Part shown: positions 28,716 to 32,000 of the stretch, piece by piece
Position numbering within the stretch: the first letter of the stretch is position 1
How the letters are laid out: the number at the start of each line of letters is the position of its first letter
NCBI GenBank assembly: GCA_004284765.1
Contig: NQJD01000030.1
Location: 1 to 32,000 of the forward strand
Reading direction: 5' to 3'
DNA length: 32,000 nucleotides
Source: Candidatus Electronema aureum
Lineage (GTDB): Bacteria > Desulfobacterota > Desulfobulbia > Desulfobulbales > Desulfobulbaceae
The notes under the pieces: generated by a model
The model's database searches: none
What the model saw: the letters and a program-made list of their open reading frames with translations, nothing else
What the model was told of the DNA's origin: nothing
Program-made: the position numbers and the translations under genes

Positions 28716-30016
28716 TGATTTTCTCTGATTTCCCGCATCACCAATTCCGCCTGCCGCTGCGCCGAACCCTGCTGGGATGCTGCCAACCGCTCCGCCGCCT
28801 GGCAGGTCTGCGCATACAGCCGCTCATCGCGCAGCAGGGCGGACAGGCAGTCTGCGAGACCTTCAGCGTGTTGTGCCTGAAAACCCGCACCCGCTGTCAG
28901 CACCAAATCGACCGCATCCTGATAATCCTGCATAAACGGCCCAAAGCAGACCGGCCTGCGCCAGCGCACCGGCTCCATGATGTTGTGGCCGCCTTTGTTG
29001 ACCAAGCTGCCGCCGCAGAAGCTGATATTCGCTGCTGCGTAGAGATCGGCCAGCTCGCCAAGCGAATCCAGCAGCACGATGTCTTTGTTTCGGCCCTTGG
29101 CAGCGCAATCGGAGAACAGCTCGTATTCCAGCCCGACTTCATAGAGCAGCCGCCTGACCTCATCCAGCCGCTTCAAGTGGCGCGGCGCGATGATCCAGAG
29201 CAGGCCGTCCGCTGTTTCCGCCCGCAGGCGGCGGTAAACCGGCAGGAGCAGCTCCTCCTCGCCCGTGCGGGTGGAGCCGCAGATGAAGACCTTTTTCCCG
29301 CCCGGCTTGAGCAGCCGCCGGTATTTCTCCCGCATCGCTCCGGCATCAGCGGCGGGCAGGTCGTATTTCAGATTGCCGCAGACTTGCACCTGCTCCGCCC
29401 CTAGCTGTCGGAAGCGTTCGCCGTCTTCTTCACGGATGACTCCAATTACGGCAAAGCCTTTGAGCAGATCAGCCATGAAGCCGGGCAGCCGCCGGTATCT
29501 GCGGAACGAACGCTCTGAGAGCCTGCCGTTGAGCAGAAGCAGCGGAATCCCGGCCCGGCTGGTCTCGCGCAGCATGGTCGGCCACAGCTCAGTTTCCAAG
29601 CAGACATAGGCATCAGGCCGCACCGCCCGCAGCGCGGCGGTCACAGCTTGGGGCGTGTCTATCGGAGCCAGCTCGCAGCACACGGTTTCCGGCAGGCGGG
29701 CGCGGGCCGCGTCCCTGCCCTGCCTGGTCATGGCACTTAAAAAAAAATGGCAGCCGGGAATCTGCGCTGTCAGCGCGGCGATCAAAGGGCGGGCGGCCTG
29801 CACCTCGCCCACCGAGGCAGCGTGAATCCAGATGAGCGGGCCGGTGCGGTCGAAATTGCCTTGATATCTGCCCAGACGCTGCTCTGTCTCCCAGCCGGGC
29901 GCGGTGATGTTCAAAACAGGCAGAACAGCCGGAAGCAGGGCATGAACAGCCGTGCCAAGTATGCGGTAGAGAACATGCAGCATGACGGTCTTGCGGTCTC
30001 GGCTGTCTTTTTTCAT
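28712..30016 (-). CDS. waaA: 3-deoxy-D-manno-octulosonic acid (Kdo) transferase
   Basis: IWIHAASVGEVQAARPLI, the GT30 family pattern, and C-terminal GGSL..KGGHN..EP. The start could instead be the ATG at 29983 (MLHVLYRIL). Confidence 0.88.
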   Translation of the reverse strand: MKKDSRDRKTVMLHVLYRILGTAVHALLPAVLPVLNITAPGWETEQRLGRYQGNFDRTGPLIWIHAASVGEVQAARPLIAALTAQIPGCHFFLSAMTRQGRDAARARLPETVCCELAPIDTPQAVTAALRAVRPDAYVCLETELWPTMLRETSRAGIPLLLLNGRLSERSFRRYRRLPGFMADLLKGFAVIGVIREEDGERFRQLGAEQVQVCGNLKYDLPAADAGAMREKYRRLLKPGGKKVFICGSTRTGEEELLLPVYRRLRAETADGLLWIIAPRHLKRLDEVRRLLYEVGLEYELFSDCAAKGRNKDIVLLDSLGELADLYAAANISFCGGSLVNKGGHNIMEPVRWRRPVCFGPFMQDYQDAVDLVLTAGAGFQAQHAEGLADCLSALLRDERLYAQTCQAAERLAASQQGSAQRQAELVMREIRENQ

Positions 30017-30208
30017 CCTTTCGCAAAACAGGCTATTTAAACAGGATTGCCCCGGAACGTCAAGAGGGAAGCAGTCGCGACCGGGAAAAATCAGGTTTTG
30101 CTTGACAGTTGCGCCTATAATCTGGTAGCAAACCCTTTACCCGCTGCGTTTTCCTGCGGGAGAAACCTTTTTCGTGTACCACACCAAAACTGCTGCTGGA
30201 GAACTCTT

Positions 30209-31303
30209 ATGACTGTACCGTTGATACGTCTTTTGCCTGCGCTCGCGCTGGCAATGTTGCTTGTTTTTTCAGGACAGACTGCTTCAGGGCAACCTAAGGC
30301 GGCCCATCCCGCACCCACTTCTCCAACCTCAGAACCCAAGGAAATAAAAATGAAAGACGGACTGTATGCGAAGATCAAAACCGACAAAGGCGATATCCTG
30401 CTGGAGCTGTTTTACGACAAGGCACCGCTCACGGTGATCAACTTTGTTGGCTTGGCTGAAGGCACACTGACCTATGGCGGCGCAACCAAGCCCACTGGCA
30501 CCCGTTTCTACGACGGCCTCAAGTTCCACCGGGTGATCAGGGACTTCATGATCCAGGGTGGCTGTCCGCTTGGTACTGGTACTGGTGGCCCAGGCTACAC
30601 CTTTGCCGACGAATTTGAGTCGCGGCTGAAGTTCACCGGGCCGGGCATTCTGGCCATGGCCAATGCTGGGCCTGGCACCAATGGCTCACAGTTCTTCATC
30701 ACCCATGTTGCCACGCCGCATCTGAACGACAAGCACACCATCTTCGGTAAGGTGGTAGAAAGCCAGAACGTAGTTGATGCGATCAAGCAGGGGGATGTGA
30801 TCAACACGATTGAGATCATCCGCCAAGGCGAGAAGGCGCAGCAGTTCCAGACTGATCAGGCTGCCTTTGAGCGGGCCAAGGAAGAAATTGAGGCCAAAAA
30901 GCAGATTGGTGCTGCCGAAGGCCAGAAGAAGACTGCGCAGCTGATCAAGAAACGCTGGCCCAAAGTGCAGTCGAACAAGGAAGGGCTGTACTGGGTCGTG
31001 ACCAAGGAAGGCCAAGGCGAGAAGCCCGCGTCAGGCACTAAGATCAGCGTTCACTACACAGGCCGCCTGCTGGACAATGACCGGAAATTCGATAGCTCCT
31101 ACGACCGGGGCGAGCCGATTCAGTTTGAAGTAGGCACTGGTCGGGTTATTCCGGGCTGGGACATGGCTCTTGCCAGCATGAAGCAGGGCGAAAAGCGCAC
31201 CCTGATCATTCCGCCAGGCTTGGCTTACGGAGCACAGGGCGCGGGCGGCGTTATTCCGCCTAACGCTTGGCTGGTCTTCGACGTGGAGTTGGTGGGCTTC
31301 TGA
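30209..31303 (+). CDS. Secreted dual peptidyl-prolyl isomerase: cyclophilin domain fused to an FKBP domain
   Basis: Signal peptide [27 protein letters not shown]. Cyclophilin motifs [34 protein letters not shown] Lys/Glu-rich linker follows. FKBP motifs [38 protein letters not shown] and [15 protein letters not shown] lies 7 nt before the ATG at 30209. Confidence 0.9.
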   Translation: MTVPLIRLLPALALAMLLVFSGQTASGQPKAAHPAPTSPTSEPKEIKMKDGLYAKIKTDKGDILLELFYDKAPLTVINFVGLAEGTLTYGGATKPTGTRFYDGLKFHRVIRDFMIQGGCPLGTGTGGPGYTFADEFESRLKFTGPGILAMANAGPGTNGSQFFITHVATPHLNDKHTIFGKVVESQNVVDAIKQGDVINTIEIIRQGEKAQQFQTDQAAFERAKEEIEAKKQIGAAEGQKKTAQLIKKRWPKVQSNKEGLYWVVTKEGQGEKPASGTKISVHYTGRLLDNDRKFDSSYDRGEPIQFEVGTGRVIPGWDMALASMKQGEKRTLIIPPGLAYGAQGAGGVIPPNAWLVFDVELVGF

Positions 31304-31304
31304 T

Positions 31305-31348
31305 TGACTTGTCCGCATTTTGCAATCAGCTAAAATGCGGACAAGTCA
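31305..31348. terminator. Perfect 17-bp inverted repeat (hairpin) after the PPIase gene
   Basis: TGACTTGTCCGCATTTT (31305-21) / 10-nt loop / AAAATGCGGACAAGTCA (31332-48). The A4/T4 runs sit inside the stem, so it could act as a terminator in both directions. Confidence 0.55.
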
Positions 31349-31453
31349 GTGCCTGCGCCAAACTGCCCAAGCCTGCTGAGGCGATATTTTCAGCGATTGC
31401 CAAGCTATCTTGGTGATGGCCCGAAAGAGGCCCTGCACCAGTGCCGTCCCTCC

Positions 31454-32000
31454 TCAGCTCCCCGCGCTCACATCCAATAGCCTGCCGCCGTAAGAAGTCC
31501 TGACCATCTTCAGCAAGGCGGCATAATTGTTGATCCGCACCTCCAAGTTCGTCAAGCCTGAACCCGCATAGCCTGGCAGCGTGCAGGCATCATTCGCGCT
31601 CACCCGCACTTCATTGCCTGCCGCGCCGTTGTCTTTCATGTCCAAAAGACTGAGGCGCAGGTCGCCCTCCTGAACATCCAGCAGAGCCTGAATCCGCACT
31701 TTCGCAGCCGCAGTCAAGGTGCCGCCCGTGACCGTCACATGCGGAACCACCGCATTGTCTGTGAGGATGCCGGTCTCCGGCAGATGGGGATGGCCAGAGA
31801 GCGGCACAGCCAGCGGCGCGCGCAGCAGCCTGCGGTAGGTGCCAGTGCGGAGGCTGCCGTTTTCAGTGTAATGCGTTGAGACGGACAACCGGTACTCGTT
31901 GTTCCACGGTTCAGTCTGACTGGGAATGTCCGGCATGAGGATGATCTCGCTGTTGGAGATCGGCCCAAAGCGGCTCTGCACCGTTCTGCCGCTGCGGGTG
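31454..32000 (-). CDS. C-terminal part of an unrecognised protein; the ORF runs off the window edge
   Basis: The frame stays open from the stop at 31454 to position 32000 (..TRSGRTVQSRFGPISNSEIILMPDIP..). The track 'M' at 31981 is a GTG. I recognise no motifs. Confidence 0.4.
   Translation of the reverse strand, partial: TRSGRTVQSRFGPISNSEIILMPDIPSQTEPWNNEYRLSVSTHYTENGSLRTGTYRRLLRAPLAVPLSGHPHLPETGILTDNAVVPHVTVTGGTLTAAAKVRIQALLDVQEGDLRLSLLDMKDNGAAGNEVRVSANDACTLPGYAGSGLTNLEVRINNYAALLKMVRTSYGGRLLDVSAGS

Overview
This 32-kb window is bacterial chromosome, mostly GC-rich housekeeping genes. My organism guess is a Desulfobacterota/deltaproteobacterium-like lineage, at low confidence, based only on how the proteins look. 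No database search was possible; all calls come from reading motifs in the supplied translations and the DNA.

Layout:
- 1..~2900 is a visibly AT-rich accessory islet, all on the minus strand. It holds an MntA/HepT pair (HepT disrupted at its catalytic motif), a translationally coupled DUF4160/DUF2442 pair, and a single-chain DUF262(ParB-like)+HNH nuclease.
- Next come an FNT channel, def, rsmE, tRNA-Phe(GAA) and a Zn-ribbon protein with a long acidic disordered tail.
- A class II (B12-dependent) ribonucleotide reductase nrdJ follows, behind a promoter overlapped by an NrdR-box-like palindrome. It is interrupted directly before its radical cysteine by a 455-aa intein with an HNH-type endonuclease module and an atypical Leu-Gln C-terminus.
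- Then a secreted STN-like protein whose 3' region is hit by an 877-bp IS5/IS427-like element, a SEC-C-motif protein, a GGDEF cyclase, ampG, cysS, an endonuclease-type mutL and a small secreted protein.
- A minus-strand block follows: folP-ftsH-carB-carA-(PIN-like two-gene module)-waaA.
- The window ends with a secreted cyclophilin-FKBP fusion PPIase and a partial unknown ORF.

The signal I consider most unusual is not explained by any annotated gene. The ~220-bp carA-carB spacer is filled by eight perfectly phased 21-bp repeat units. Each has internal dyad symmetry (AAY-N5-RTT), the region is open in several frames, and it sits in front of a carB start codon that has no Shine-Dalgarno sequence. 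The nrdJ intein and the AT-rich defence/TA islet are the other candidates for something new.
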